This document shows positions 1-8,935 of a stretch of 64,000 nucleotides of DNA, piece by piece; position 1 is the stretch's first letter, and every line of letters begins with the position of its first letter. Origin of the DNA: Methanotrichaceae archaeon. GTDB lineage: Archaea; Halobacteriota; Methanosarcinia; Methanotrichales; Methanotrichaceae. The notes under the pieces were generated by a model. That model worked only from the letters and a program-made list of their open reading frames with translations, did no database searches and was not told where the DNA came from. The position numbers and the translations under genes are program-made. Location: contig CAWDLW010000025.1 of the NCBI GenBank assembly GCA_963803145.1, positions 64,001-128,000 of the forward strand, given 5' to 3'.

Positions 1-1059
1 GTTCTGATCTATGGAGAATGTCAGCCATGCGGCGGAGGACCTTCGGCTGCTACATATGCCTACTGGCTTATGAAATACCTTGGACATGATAAAGTCAAGC
101 TGCTGGATGGAGGAATTGATGACTGGGTCGCAGCCAAACTCCAAACGCAAGATAAGCCTGCGGTTCTTCCTCAAAAGGTCTATATACCCACAATCAAGCC
201 GGAGCTACTTGCCAACTATGATTATGTAAAGAGCGGTATTGCTCAGATCGTTGATGCGAGGACGGTAGAGGAGTTTGAAGCAGGCTCTATAACCGGATCT
301 GTAAATATACCCTATGATAAGGTGCTGGACGGCAAGAGACTAAAAGAGGAAGCAGCTGTCGAGAACATCTTCTCAGGCCTGAGCAAAGATAAGCCTGTTG
401 TAGTATACACAAACACTGGAGTCAAAGGATCAATGATCTGGCTCGCCCTGAATTTGCTGGGCTATGATGCCAGGCTATACTCTTGGCAGGACTGGATGGA
501 TCATCAGTCCCTTAACTTGAGCCTGGAAAGTGTGAAAGCTGATCCAAACCCTGCAAAGACAGGAGATATTGTCAAGATAACAGCCGTCTTTAGACAAAGC
601 AATGATAGTATGGTAAGTGCAAGCAGCCAGCCAACCACACCTTCAAGCAGTACCAATGGCAATGGAAATGAGACCATCCTCAAAATCAAAGGATGCTCAA
701 CTTGCGGAGCTGAAGGATTCTTCTTGGATACTGGAGGTATGCATACTGGCAATGGCTCTGGGGTTGTTCAGCTTGGCTCTGCGGGCACGGGCAGTTCCCA
801 GATGCAAATGGCATCTGGTCAGTCGGATATAAAATGTACAGCCACAATCATCAATTCTGATGGCACGGAAGTAGATAAGAGAAATATGCAGCAGGTATCG
901 GATCGTGAATTCTCAGGCATATGGAATGCTAATGTTGCCGGAGGATCTTATAATGTCACAATAACTGCATCTTCTCCTGGTATCACAAAGATCTTTAGGG
1001 ATAAGCTAGAGATAGTGGTGGCAGACTCTACCAGTAGGTATATGAACGTTGGAAAGTAA
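1..1059 (+). CDS. Tandem-rhodanese (sulfurtransferase-like) protein with C-terminal Ig-like/CxxC extension; 5'-partial
   Basis: Frame is open from base 1 (VLIYGECQPCGGGPSAATYAYWLMKYLGHDKVKLLDGG). Rhodanese motifs LGH..V..LDGG, IVDART..EF..G.I.GS.N and VVVY. Confidence 0.8.
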   Translation, partial: VLIYGECQPCGGGPSAATYAYWLMKYLGHDKVKLLDGGIDDWVAAKLQTQDKPAVLPQKVYIPTIKPELLANYDYVKSGIAQIVDARTVEEFEAGSITGSVNIPYDKVLDGKRLKEEAAVENIFSGLSKDKPVVVYTNTGVKGSMIWLALNLLGYDARLYSWQDWMDHQSLNLSLESVKADPNPAKTGDIVKITAVFRQSNDSMVSASSQPTTPSSSTNGNGNETILKIKGCSTCGAEGFFLDTGGMHTGNGSGVVQLGSAGTGSSQMQMASGQSDIKCTATIINSDGTEVDKRNMQQVSDREFSGIWNANVAGGSYNVTITASSPGITKIFRDKLEIVVADSTSRYMNVGK

Positions 1060-3001
1060 ACGGGGAAGTGTGAAAGCCGGCCTTATCATATCTATTCTAT
1101 TTTTGATAAGCGTCCTCAGCTCTGCGGCACAACCTTCACCCTTACCTTCAGTCATGCCTGATGATAAGGCTGTAAGATGGTTCCAGTCTGAATATAATAA
1201 CTACTTCAAGACGAGCCAGAACGATGACACACCGCCTGAAATCTTCGATGCGAGCATCACACCAGCAGTTCTCAAACAGGGTGAGCTTCCAAGCGAGATC
1301 AATGCATTTGTCTATGATCCTGCAGGAATTGAACTGGTCTATGCAGAGGTAGGCAACCGCATGAACCTCATGCTGGACCTGGATATGGATCACAAGTATA
1401 CTGGCTACTGCAACTCAAATCTTCCTCCTGGAACCTATAAAGTTACAATTGTTGCAACAGATAAGGCCGGCAATGCGGCACGCACTGAAGCGCCGTCTCT
1501 CAAAATCCTGGACCCAAGTGACCTCAACGGGAACGGAATTGAGGACTCCCTGGAGATGCAGAAGGATAAGAATCTCAGGGTTATAGTCTTGCATGATGGC
1601 AACCTCAGCGGCTTTGGCCCTGCCAGCAAACAAGACAACTTAAAGATTCTTCCAGGAAGCTCCATGACACTCCCAGGGGATAAACTCGCTGAGCTGTCGA
1701 AGGTTAAGGGCGTCAAAGGCATCTATCAGGATCAGAAGCTTAAGGTGCTTGACGATTCAGGAGAGGACTTTCCTGATTTATCCGACAACCCATCAGTATC
1801 TGACAACCCCTCGGCTATTCCCGCCTCTACGGCATCCTCAGAGAAAAGCGGCATAGATGATCCTAGAAAAGAACGGAGCCTGAAGGGCGATGGGGAGGTT
1901 GTGGCATTAATAGATACGGGCGTAGACCCAAATCATGAGGCTTTAAAGGGAAAGGTCATTGCCTTCAAAGACTTCGTGAACAATCAGACAATGCCATATG
2001 ATGATAATGGCCATGGGACACATTGTGCGAGCCTCATAGCTGGTGGTGGTGATCTTCCCGGAGTTGCACCGGATGCCAAGCTGGTAGTTGTAAAGGTCAT
2101 GGATAGAGATGGAGCATGCTACCTCTCAGATGCAATCAGGGCACTAGCCTGGTGCCTTGACAACAAGGATCGATATGGGATAAAGGTAATATCTTTTAGC
2201 GTTGGTGGTGAGAGCCCAACTGAGAGTACATCGCTTTTGGACGAGGCATGCAACAGAATGGTAGATCAGGGTATGGTCATGTGCGTGGCTGCGGGAAACT
2301 CTGGTCCGGCATCAAGCTCGATAGTTATACCTGGCGATGCCGAGAAGGTGATAACTGTGGGGGCCACAGACAAAACTGGCACTATATTCGACCGCTCATC
2401 GCGTGGGCCTGTAGACAATGGTGAGATCAAACCGGACATCGTCACAGTGGGAGTGAATGTTATATCTGCGCTGGCAGGCTCAAAGACCGGCTACAGCTCA
2501 ATGAGCGGCACATCCATGGCTGTTCCGCAGATTGCAGGTGCTGCTGCGCTTCTTCTTGAGGCTGCGCCTGACCAGCAACCTTCGGATATAAAAAGGATTC
2601 TTCTTAAAACGGCAGATGATCTCGGCCAACCTGGGCCGGATAATAATTACGGTTATGGGGCTCTAAACCTGACGAATGCGTTAGGTGATATGAAGGGCAA
2701 GAACTTAGAAGCACCCAGCCTTGAAACGCTAAAATTGAGCAGCAATGATGCAACTGTGGGTGAGCCTGTGATGATAGAGGCCAGAGCATCCGGGGACATA
2801 AAAGCCGTTAACTCAGAGGTTATAGGTCCGGATAGAACTCTAGAGATACCTATGGATGACTTTGATGCGAATGGCATATACTCTGCGCGCTGGGAAACAA
2901 GCTTTTGGTCTCCTGGAGATTACAAAATAACGGCAGAGCTTCAGGGCGAATACGGAGAGGTGGCGTCGAATACGGTCCCTTTTCGTCTATTGAAGAGATG
3001 A
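1049..3001 (+). CDS. Secreted S8 (subtilisin-like) serine peptidase with N- and C-terminal Ig-like domains
   Basis: Signal peptide; catalytic motifs IDTG, HGTHCA, AAGNSG and SGTSMA. The start may be GTG at 1070. Confidence 0.92.
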   Translation: MESKRGSVKAGLIISILFLISVLSSAAQPSPLPSVMPDDKAVRWFQSEYNNYFKTSQNDDTPPEIFDASITPAVLKQGELPSEINAFVYDPAGIELVYAEVGNRMNLMLDLDMDHKYTGYCNSNLPPGTYKVTIVATDKAGNAARTEAPSLKILDPSDLNGNGIEDSLEMQKDKNLRVIVLHDGNLSGFGPASKQDNLKILPGSSMTLPGDKLAELSKVKGVKGIYQDQKLKVLDDSGEDFPDLSDNPSVSDNPSAIPASTASSEKSGIDDPRKERSLKGDGEVVALIDTGVDPNHEALKGKVIAFKDFVNNQTMPYDDNGHGTHCASLIAGGGDLPGVAPDAKLVVVKVMDRDGACYLSDAIRALAWCLDNKDRYGIKVISFSVGGESPTESTSLLDEACNRMVDQGMVMCVAAGNSGPASSSIVIPGDAEKVITVGATDKTGTIFDRSSRGPVDNGEIKPDIVTVGVNVISALAGSKTGYSSMSGTSMAVPQIAGAAALLLEAAPDQQPSDIKRILLKTADDLGQPGPDNNYGYGALNLTNALGDMKGKNLEAPSLETLKLSSNDATVGEPVMIEARASGDIKAVNSEVIGPDRTLEIPMDDFDANGIYSARWETSFWSPGDYKITAELQGEYGEVASNTVPFRLLKR

Positions 3002-3008
3002 GACTCGT

Positions 3009-3581
3009 ATGCCTCTAGAGCCATGGATGGAAATCGCTAGGTTTGGCAAAAAGGTAGTTCAGTCGGGATTGACAAGCTCGCGCTTCGGTAATATCAGCAT
3101 TCTTAAAGGCGAAGATATTATCATCACGCGCACAGGAACTATGCTTGATGAAATATATGAGGATCAAGTTATAGATGTTGATCTACTGGGATCTTGTATA
3201 AATGATAAGATCGCCAGCACAGAGGTGTGCGTGCATAGGGCAATATACAGCAAAACCTCTGCGAAGGCTGTAATACACACACATTCGCCTTATGCCGTTG
3301 CCCTTTCGCTTATAGAGGATGAAGTTGAGCCAATAGATAGCGAGGGAAAGCAATTCCTGGGGTCCATGCCTGTTGTCGATGGCGGCTTCGGCACCGATAT
3401 GCTTGCTGATCATGTTTCTTCGGCGCTTATAGATCATAATGCATGTATTGCCCGCGGACACGGTGCATTTGCCGCTGGGAAGTGCCTTGCTGAAGCGTAT
3501 ACAATAGCCTGCATGGCAGAACACAGCTCTCAAGTGCGCTATCTAGTAAATGTATATAAGGGAATTAATCGTAATATATAA
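3009..3581 (+). CDS. Class II aldolase (fuculose-1-phosphate aldolase-like)
   Basis: GNIS, STE..VH..IY, VIHTHS and RGHG motifs. Confidence 0.88.
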   Translation: MPLEPWMEIARFGKKVVQSGLTSSRFGNISILKGEDIIITRTGTMLDEIYEDQVIDVDLLGSCINDKIASTEVCVHRAIYSKTSAKAVIHTHSPYAVALSLIEDEVEPIDSEGKQFLGSMPVVDGGFGTDMLADHVSSALIDHNACIARGHGAFAAGKCLAEAYTIACMAEHSSQVRYLVNVYKGINRNI

Positions 3582-3795
3582 TATTATGTGATATCTAATC
3601 TATGGTGCAATAATATGTATTATTATTATCCTTATTTGTTTTTGTGTATTATTGTGCTCAGTGACATACCTTCAAAAAAGCTTATTATCGATAATAAAGG
3701 CATAAATCTAAGCTGAATAATAATCCTCATTCGTCTGTTTTATGTCTTCATAGGGATTCCACCCAGTGCCTATCCGGCATTGGAGACCTCTCAGG

Positions 3796-3810
3796 GAAAG
3801 ATTTATATCT
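3796..3810 (+). promoter_or_regulatory. Archaeal BRE/TATA promoter
   Basis: GAAAGATTTATATCT lies ~25 nt upstream of a hairpin at 3832-3888. Confidence 0.6.
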
Positions 3811-3981
3811 TAACTATCCAACGCAATAGTCGAGCGGGTATTCCTTATTTTCAAAATCCACACTGAACCCCCACTCTCCTACCCGCTCACATTATTCCTG
3901 AGGCACATTTTATCAATAGGTCTATTTATCTTGAGTAAAGTTATCAAAAGATCTATTAATGTTGCAGGCAGTTTTGTTAGT

Positions 3982-5097
3982 ATGAACTCCTCGTTCCAGA
4001 TAGGGAAGATCTGGGGCATACCTATCAGGCTCCATTGGACATTTATCCTGGGAATCATTTGGGTTGCGATAATCTATGCATCGGTAAGTACCACAGTGAA
4101 CGGCATGATCTACGGCTTCGCGTCGGTAGAGCCCACGGAGGTAAGGTGGATTTACTCATTTGTTTTTGCAATCCTCCTCTTCATATGTGTGGGCTTACAT
4201 GAGCTGGGCCATTCGTATATTGCCAGGCACCATGAGATAGGCATAAGGAGTATAACCCTGTATATATTCGGCGGCGTCTCCGCAATGGAAGAGATTCCCA
4301 GAAACCCAAAACTGGAACTCCTAATGGCAGCAGTAGGGCCTGGAGTCAGCGGGCTTCTTGGGATCGTTTGCATATTGCTCTATTTCGAGTCCGCTGTAGT
4401 ATTGGGAGGAAGTCACCCATTCAGCATACTTCTGTGGACCCTCGGGTTGATAAATCTGATATTGATGGCATTCAACCTTCTTCCAGCCTTTCCGATGGAT
4501 GGAGGCCGTGTTCTCAGGGCCTGGTTTGCTGAGCGTATGCCTTATGAAATCGCTACTCGCAGGGCGGCAGGAATAGGGAAGGCGTTCGCAATTCTGATGG
4601 TGGTATTTGGAATAATCTCCCTCAACTTCGTTCTGTTATTGATTGCATTTTTTATATATATAGGGGCATCTGAAGAGGAGAGGGCGACCACTGTGGATAT
4701 CTGCCTTTCGGGCATAAAGGTCAGGAATATAATGTCCTCAGATGTTCGCACGGTCACCCCAGATAAGAATCTGTTGGATCTAACGGATCTCATGTTCAGA
4801 GAAAAGCATAGAGGCTATCCTGTTATTGATAATGGTGCTCTGGCAGGAATAGTTACCCTGGATGATGTCCAAAGGGTTCCGGAGGATCAGCGCGGTTCGA
4901 CGACTGTCGGACAGGTTATGAGCAAAAACCTATATGTAATCGGACCTGATGAAGAGGCATCTACTGCAGCAAAAATGATGACCGAACGGAAAATTCGCAG
5001 GCTTCCTGTTATAGAGAATAAGAACTTGATAGGAATCGTCTCCAGAGAGGACCTGGTGAGGGCCATGGAGCTCTGCTCTGAGCGCTCTGAGCGATGA
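3982..5097 (+). CDS. Site-2 protease (M50) with C-terminal CBS pair
   Basis: HELGH and FNLLPAFPMDGG motifs, TM segments, two CBS domains. ATG 3982 (MNSSFQIGKIWGIPI) is preferred over TTG 3931. Confidence 0.93.
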   Translation: MNSSFQIGKIWGIPIRLHWTFILGIIWVAIIYASVSTTVNGMIYGFASVEPTEVRWIYSFVFAILLFICVGLHELGHSYIARHHEIGIRSITLYIFGGVSAMEEIPRNPKLELLMAAVGPGVSGLLGIVCILLYFESAVVLGGSHPFSILLWTLGLINLILMAFNLLPAFPMDGGRVLRAWFAERMPYEIATRRAAGIGKAFAILMVVFGIISLNFVLLLIAFFIYIGASEEERATTVDICLSGIKVRNIMSSDVRTVTPDKNLLDLTDLMFREKHRGYPVIDNGALAGIVTLDDVQRVPEDQRGSTTVGQVMSKNLYVIGPDEEASTAAKMMTERKIRRLPVIENKNLIGIVSREDLVRAMELCSERSER

Positions 5098-5118
5098 CCG
5101 TACCAAGAGGTAATCGAT

Positions 5119-6399
5119 TTGGAGAATACAGATAATCAAAATGGAGATTCTACGCCACAGCTGTGCGAAACGAACGTTTCGAGCCAGGGTACCGGTACAA
5201 GTTCTCCATCAGGCGAGCGTCATGAAGTGATAATAGTGGGGACAGCCCACGTCTCAGAGAAGAGTGTCCAGGAGGTCACCAAAGCTATTGAAGAATCGAG
5301 GCCCGATATAGTTGCGGTGGAGCTGTGTCCTGCGAGGTATCGGGCGCTTACCGGCCAGGAGGAGGAACAGGAGATAAAGATAAGCGAGCTTCTGAGTGGC
5401 GGTAAGCTCTACTATCTTCTTGTCCAGTGGTTCCTCGCATATATCCAAAAGAAGATCGGCTCAGAGCTGGGCGTGAAGCCCGGATCTGAGATGCTTGCGG
5501 CAATTGAATCAGCTAAAAGGGTGGGCGCGCGTGTAGCTCTTGTCGATCGAGATGTGGGCATAACTATACAGCGCTTCTGGTCCGCTATGGGAACTGCGGA
5601 TAAGGCAAAGCTGATTTTCTCGCTTCTGCCTGCAGTCTTCGGATGGGGTAATGAAGAGATCGATATAGATAGTATCACTCAGGAGGACATCGTCTCCCAA
5701 ATGATATCAGAGTTCAGGAAGGTATCACCAGCAGCCGCAAATGTGCTCGTTGATGAGAGGGATGCCTACATTGCCAGAAATCTATACCAGCTCTCGATGC
5801 AGGGCAAAGTTTTAGCTGTTGTAGGTGCAGGTCACAAAGAGGGCATAACCAGACATCTTGCACATCCTGAGGCTATTCCCGCCATAGAAGCCCTAAAGGA
5901 GCGGCCGAAAAAGAGAATAACTTTTGCCAAAGTCTTTGGGGCTGCAGTAACTCTGCTTATACTGGCGACCATTGGGCTTGTACTATTAGAGGCTAGGTCA
6001 AGTCAGAACCTACTTCTTGCCTTCGGCATCTGGTTCATCGTGACGGGAGGTTTGAGCTGCCTGGGTGTTGTTTTGGCAAGAGGCCATCCATTCTCAGCAT
6101 TAACAGCGCTTGCAGTTGCCTGGATGACGACTCTCAACCCCTTCGTAGCTGCTGGCTGGTTTGCAGGTATGGTCGAGGCTTGGAAGTTAAAGCCAACAGT
6201 AAGCGACCTTAGGCGTCTGGCCCAGGCCGAGAGCTTCGATGACATGATGGAGAATAAGTTCTTCAAGGTGATCTTGGTTGCTGCTTTAGCAAATCTGGGG
6301 GCAATGGCGGGGACATTTCTTGGAATTTACTTGATATGGCAGAAGCTTGGATTGGTCAACCCGTCGGAACTAGTAGCAAATATAACACATATGATATAA
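5119..6399 (+). CDS. TraB/GumN (pheromone shutdown) family membrane protein
   Basis: VGTAHVS, VAVELC..R, PGSEM, DERD and VVGAGH motifs; C-terminal TM helices. Confidence 0.9.
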   Translation: MENTDNQNGDSTPQLCETNVSSQGTGTSSPSGERHEVIIVGTAHVSEKSVQEVTKAIEESRPDIVAVELCPARYRALTGQEEEQEIKISELLSGGKLYYLLVQWFLAYIQKKIGSELGVKPGSEMLAAIESAKRVGARVALVDRDVGITIQRFWSAMGTADKAKLIFSLLPAVFGWGNEEIDIDSITQEDIVSQMISEFRKVSPAAANVLVDERDAYIARNLYQLSMQGKVLAVVGAGHKEGITRHLAHPEAIPAIEALKERPKKRITFAKVFGAAVTLLILATIGLVLLEARSSQNLLLAFGIWFIVTGGLSCLGVVLARGHPFSALTALAVAWMTTLNPFVAAGWFAGMVEAWKLKPTVSDLRRLAQAESFDDMMENKFFKVILVAALANLGAMAGTFLGIYLIWQKLGLVNPSELVANITHMI

Positions 6400-6451
6400 A
6401 CGATGCAGTAAAAAGGTTAATGATTCGATATTATTACCCTTTATGGTATCA

Positions 6452-7117
6452 TCACTTCTCTTCGACTATTTTTACGCCTGTATTCTTGAGCTTATTGCGC
6501 TTTGCCAAATTCAGGAGCATAGGAGTGAGGCTCTCTATTTGGGCAGATACGGGAAGAGGGCCTACGTCGAGCGGCCGAAGATCCTTTATCTCCCTCGCAA
6601 ATCCTGCTACAACATCTTTGGACTCCTTGTCATCGCCGCAGATCATGGCGTCTCCCTTCAGAGCCAAATCCCTGTTATGAAGAGCGCTCGCGCAGATTGT
6701 GTGAAAGGCAGATACTATTCTCATGCCCTCTGGCAGAAGAGCCTTCGCCTGAAGTGCCGCGCAGCCTTCGGAAGGAGGGTTGTATTCAAAATATTTTCCG
6801 CTATAGCTCATAGGCACCACAGGAGATACAACTATCTGATCAGAGTATGATGCCTTGAGATCTGAAGTCACTGAGATAAGATGCTCATAAGGTATGCAAA
6901 GTACAACGATATCTGCGGCCTTGATGGCACTGCCGTTATCAGTTCCCCAGATGTTTCCAACACCGTCTAAAATAGCCATCACCTCTTTAACGCTTTCCTG
7001 AGCTTTCTCACTTTTCCTCGAGCCTATAATGATCTCATGCGCAAGCGACCAACGAACTGCAAAGCCAGTACCTATGTCGCCAGTACCACCAACAAGAGCG
7101 ATCTTCATGGCAAGCAT
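6452..7117 (-). CDS. npdG: NADPH-dependent F420 reductase (F420H2:NADP+ oxidoreductase)
   Basis: MKIALVGGTGDIG, IIGSR, SAFHTI and CGDD motifs. ATG at 7108 is the likely start. Confidence 0.9.
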   Translation of the reverse strand: MLAMKIALVGGTGDIGTGFAVRWSLAHEIIIGSRKSEKAQESVKEVMAILDGVGNIWGTDNGSAIKAADIVVLCIPYEHLISVTSDLKASYSDQIVVSPVVPMSYSGKYFEYNPPSEGCAALQAKALLPEGMRIVSAFHTICASALHNRDLALKGDAMICGDDKESKDVVAGFAREIKDLRPLDVGPLPVSAQIESLTPMLLNLAKRNKLKNTGVKIVEEK

Positions 7118-7136
7118 TTAGGATATGCCTATTATT

Positions 7137-7517
7137 TCACGGTTTTGAGCCGAGAATAAGCTCCTGCATTATTCTTGAAAGCACGATGTAGATTACGACT
7201 CCGAGACCCAGGCTCTTGAATATCCCAAGCCTTTCGATCCCCAGGATAACTGTCGCAACGTAGCAGAGCCACGGGGGTGTGAAAATGATTAGTCCGCGAG
7301 CGTAATCAATCACAGTATCCTTTCCGCTCTCTGTATAGATCAGTATAAAGGTAAAAACAGTCAGAACTGGCAGTGTGGCTATGAAGGCTGCGGTTGCACC
7401 TCTGCCTATGCTTGCGAGGTAAATGGTAAGCACAGTTGTAGTCCCGCCAAGAAGAAAATATACGGCAAGCCGGGCCTCAGAGCTAGCTAGGAATGCGAAG
7501 TAATTGAGCAACTGCAT
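7137..7517 (-). CDS. Small 4-TM membrane protein (DUF3147-like)
   Basis: FLLGG...AAFIATLP hydrophobic pattern. Confidence 0.65.
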   Translation of the reverse strand: MQLLNYFAFLASSEARLAVYFLLGGTTTVLTIYLASIGRGATAAFIATLPVLTVFTFILIYTESGKDTVIDYARGLIIFTPPWLCYVATVILGIERLGIFKSLGLGVVIYIVLSRIMQELILGSKP

Positions 7518-7706
7518 GTCTAAACCTTTTTAGAAGGGATGGCACGAGATGCGAAAGGGAGTAGCAATGAAGGGGGTAATAAACGTCACCTCGTGCCGCT
7601 CAATCTGCAGTGTAGGGTTACATTGCAGTTATCACTATTACGTATCTTCTCCTTTATTAAGTTTTAGGTTGCGAAAATGGACGAGTTTTTATAAATTTTG
7701 TAAATC

Positions 7707-8768
7707 TCAGGCACTTTTTACTGCAGCCTCTACCTCGCTTATACAGGCATCGGTTTTGATGCCGATTCCGCTGAAATGCGTTCTCGATGCCTTCCAACCG
7801 GATGCTAGGAGGAGATCAACTACAGCATCGATCTTTGAGGGAGTAATCTTCAGTCTCTCGCAGATACTATGATGATCATAGTATAATGGAGTATCCACCT
7901 CAGATGCGCAAGTCTCGATCAGCCTTAAGGCCCGGGCATTTCCATCGCCCAAGGAAGCAATTGCACTGCAGATCGCGCTTGCCTCCTGAATCCGCCCAAG
8001 CCAGAGCGGTCCTGCCAGCATAGTTCTACATCCGCATGCACTGCATGTTCCAACAAATCTAAAATCTCTCAGGCAGATGAAGCTGCCGCATGCCGTGCAG
8101 TGCTCAACATAGCCCATATTCTCGAGGCACTTATCCGCCAGACGAGCTCCCTTTCTCAATCGAAGGTATAAGCGCACATAATGATCTGTGGCGTGTGTGA
8201 GCATCGGTTCCATTGACTTATCCAGGCGTGCAAGCTCCCTCGCGGCAAGGCCCAGCAATATCCGAGCGCCCATCTCAGGATGGTAATCTGTATTTAACGG
8301 CATTGCCATATACTTCCTGATCCCGCTTTTAAGATGAGCACCACAGAGCGGGGCCGTATCAGTGGCTGTGATGAATAAGTAGGATAGGGCTGATCTTGAC
8401 CCTGCCGAGAGATAAGGCGATGGTGAACCAAAAGGATCTAGATCAACGGCCTGGAAATGCCTCTGATGCATGAGCACGTTTGCATTGCTGCACACTGCCT
8501 CGCAGTTTATGGCATCGTTTCTTGCTATGTTTTTCAGAATTGCCTCATATGCCTGGGGGCTAACATCATTCAGCGTAACGTGATTTGCATTTGCCTCCTT
8601 TGCTACTCTTAGGCCACGGATGCCGCTGGCTGAGAGGGCATCAAGATAATCGGTTATGCCCAGGGATTTTGCCATTGCCACACCGATATCTCTGTTGAGC
8701 TTCATCCTGGGGTTATAGAAGATTCCATCTGACTCGAAGGCTATTGCGCCTTCTTTAACCAAACTCAT
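7707..8768 (-). CDS. trm1: tRNA (guanine26-N2)-dimethyltransferase
   Basis: FYNPRMKLNRD, DALSASGIRGLR, DLDPFGSP, TATD and GPLWLG motifs. Confidence 0.95.
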   Translation of the reverse strand: MSLVKEGAIAFESDGIFYNPRMKLNRDIGVAMAKSLGITDYLDALSASGIRGLRVAKEANANHVTLNDVSPQAYEAILKNIARNDAINCEAVCSNANVLMHQRHFQAVDLDPFGSPSPYLSAGSRSALSYLFITATDTAPLCGAHLKSGIRKYMAMPLNTDYHPEMGARILLGLAARELARLDKSMEPMLTHATDHYVRLYLRLRKGARLADKCLENMGYVEHCTACGSFICLRDFRFVGTCSACGCRTMLAGPLWLGRIQEASAICSAIASLGDGNARALRLIETCASEVDTPLYYDHHSICERLKITPSKIDAVVDLLLASGWKASRTHFSGIGIKTDACISEVEAAVKSA

Positions 8769-8935
8769 AGCGTCAAGAGAAAGGCAGGGCCGGGGATATA
8801 ATGCTTTTCTTAAAACATTGGGGGTGGCACAAAGTATAAAATTGAAGATAGTGATAAATATAATAGCAGCAGAAGTAGTGTAGCTGAAGAATGGCCGAAC
8901 TTAGGCTTAATTAAACGATTTATGAGGTATATGCG

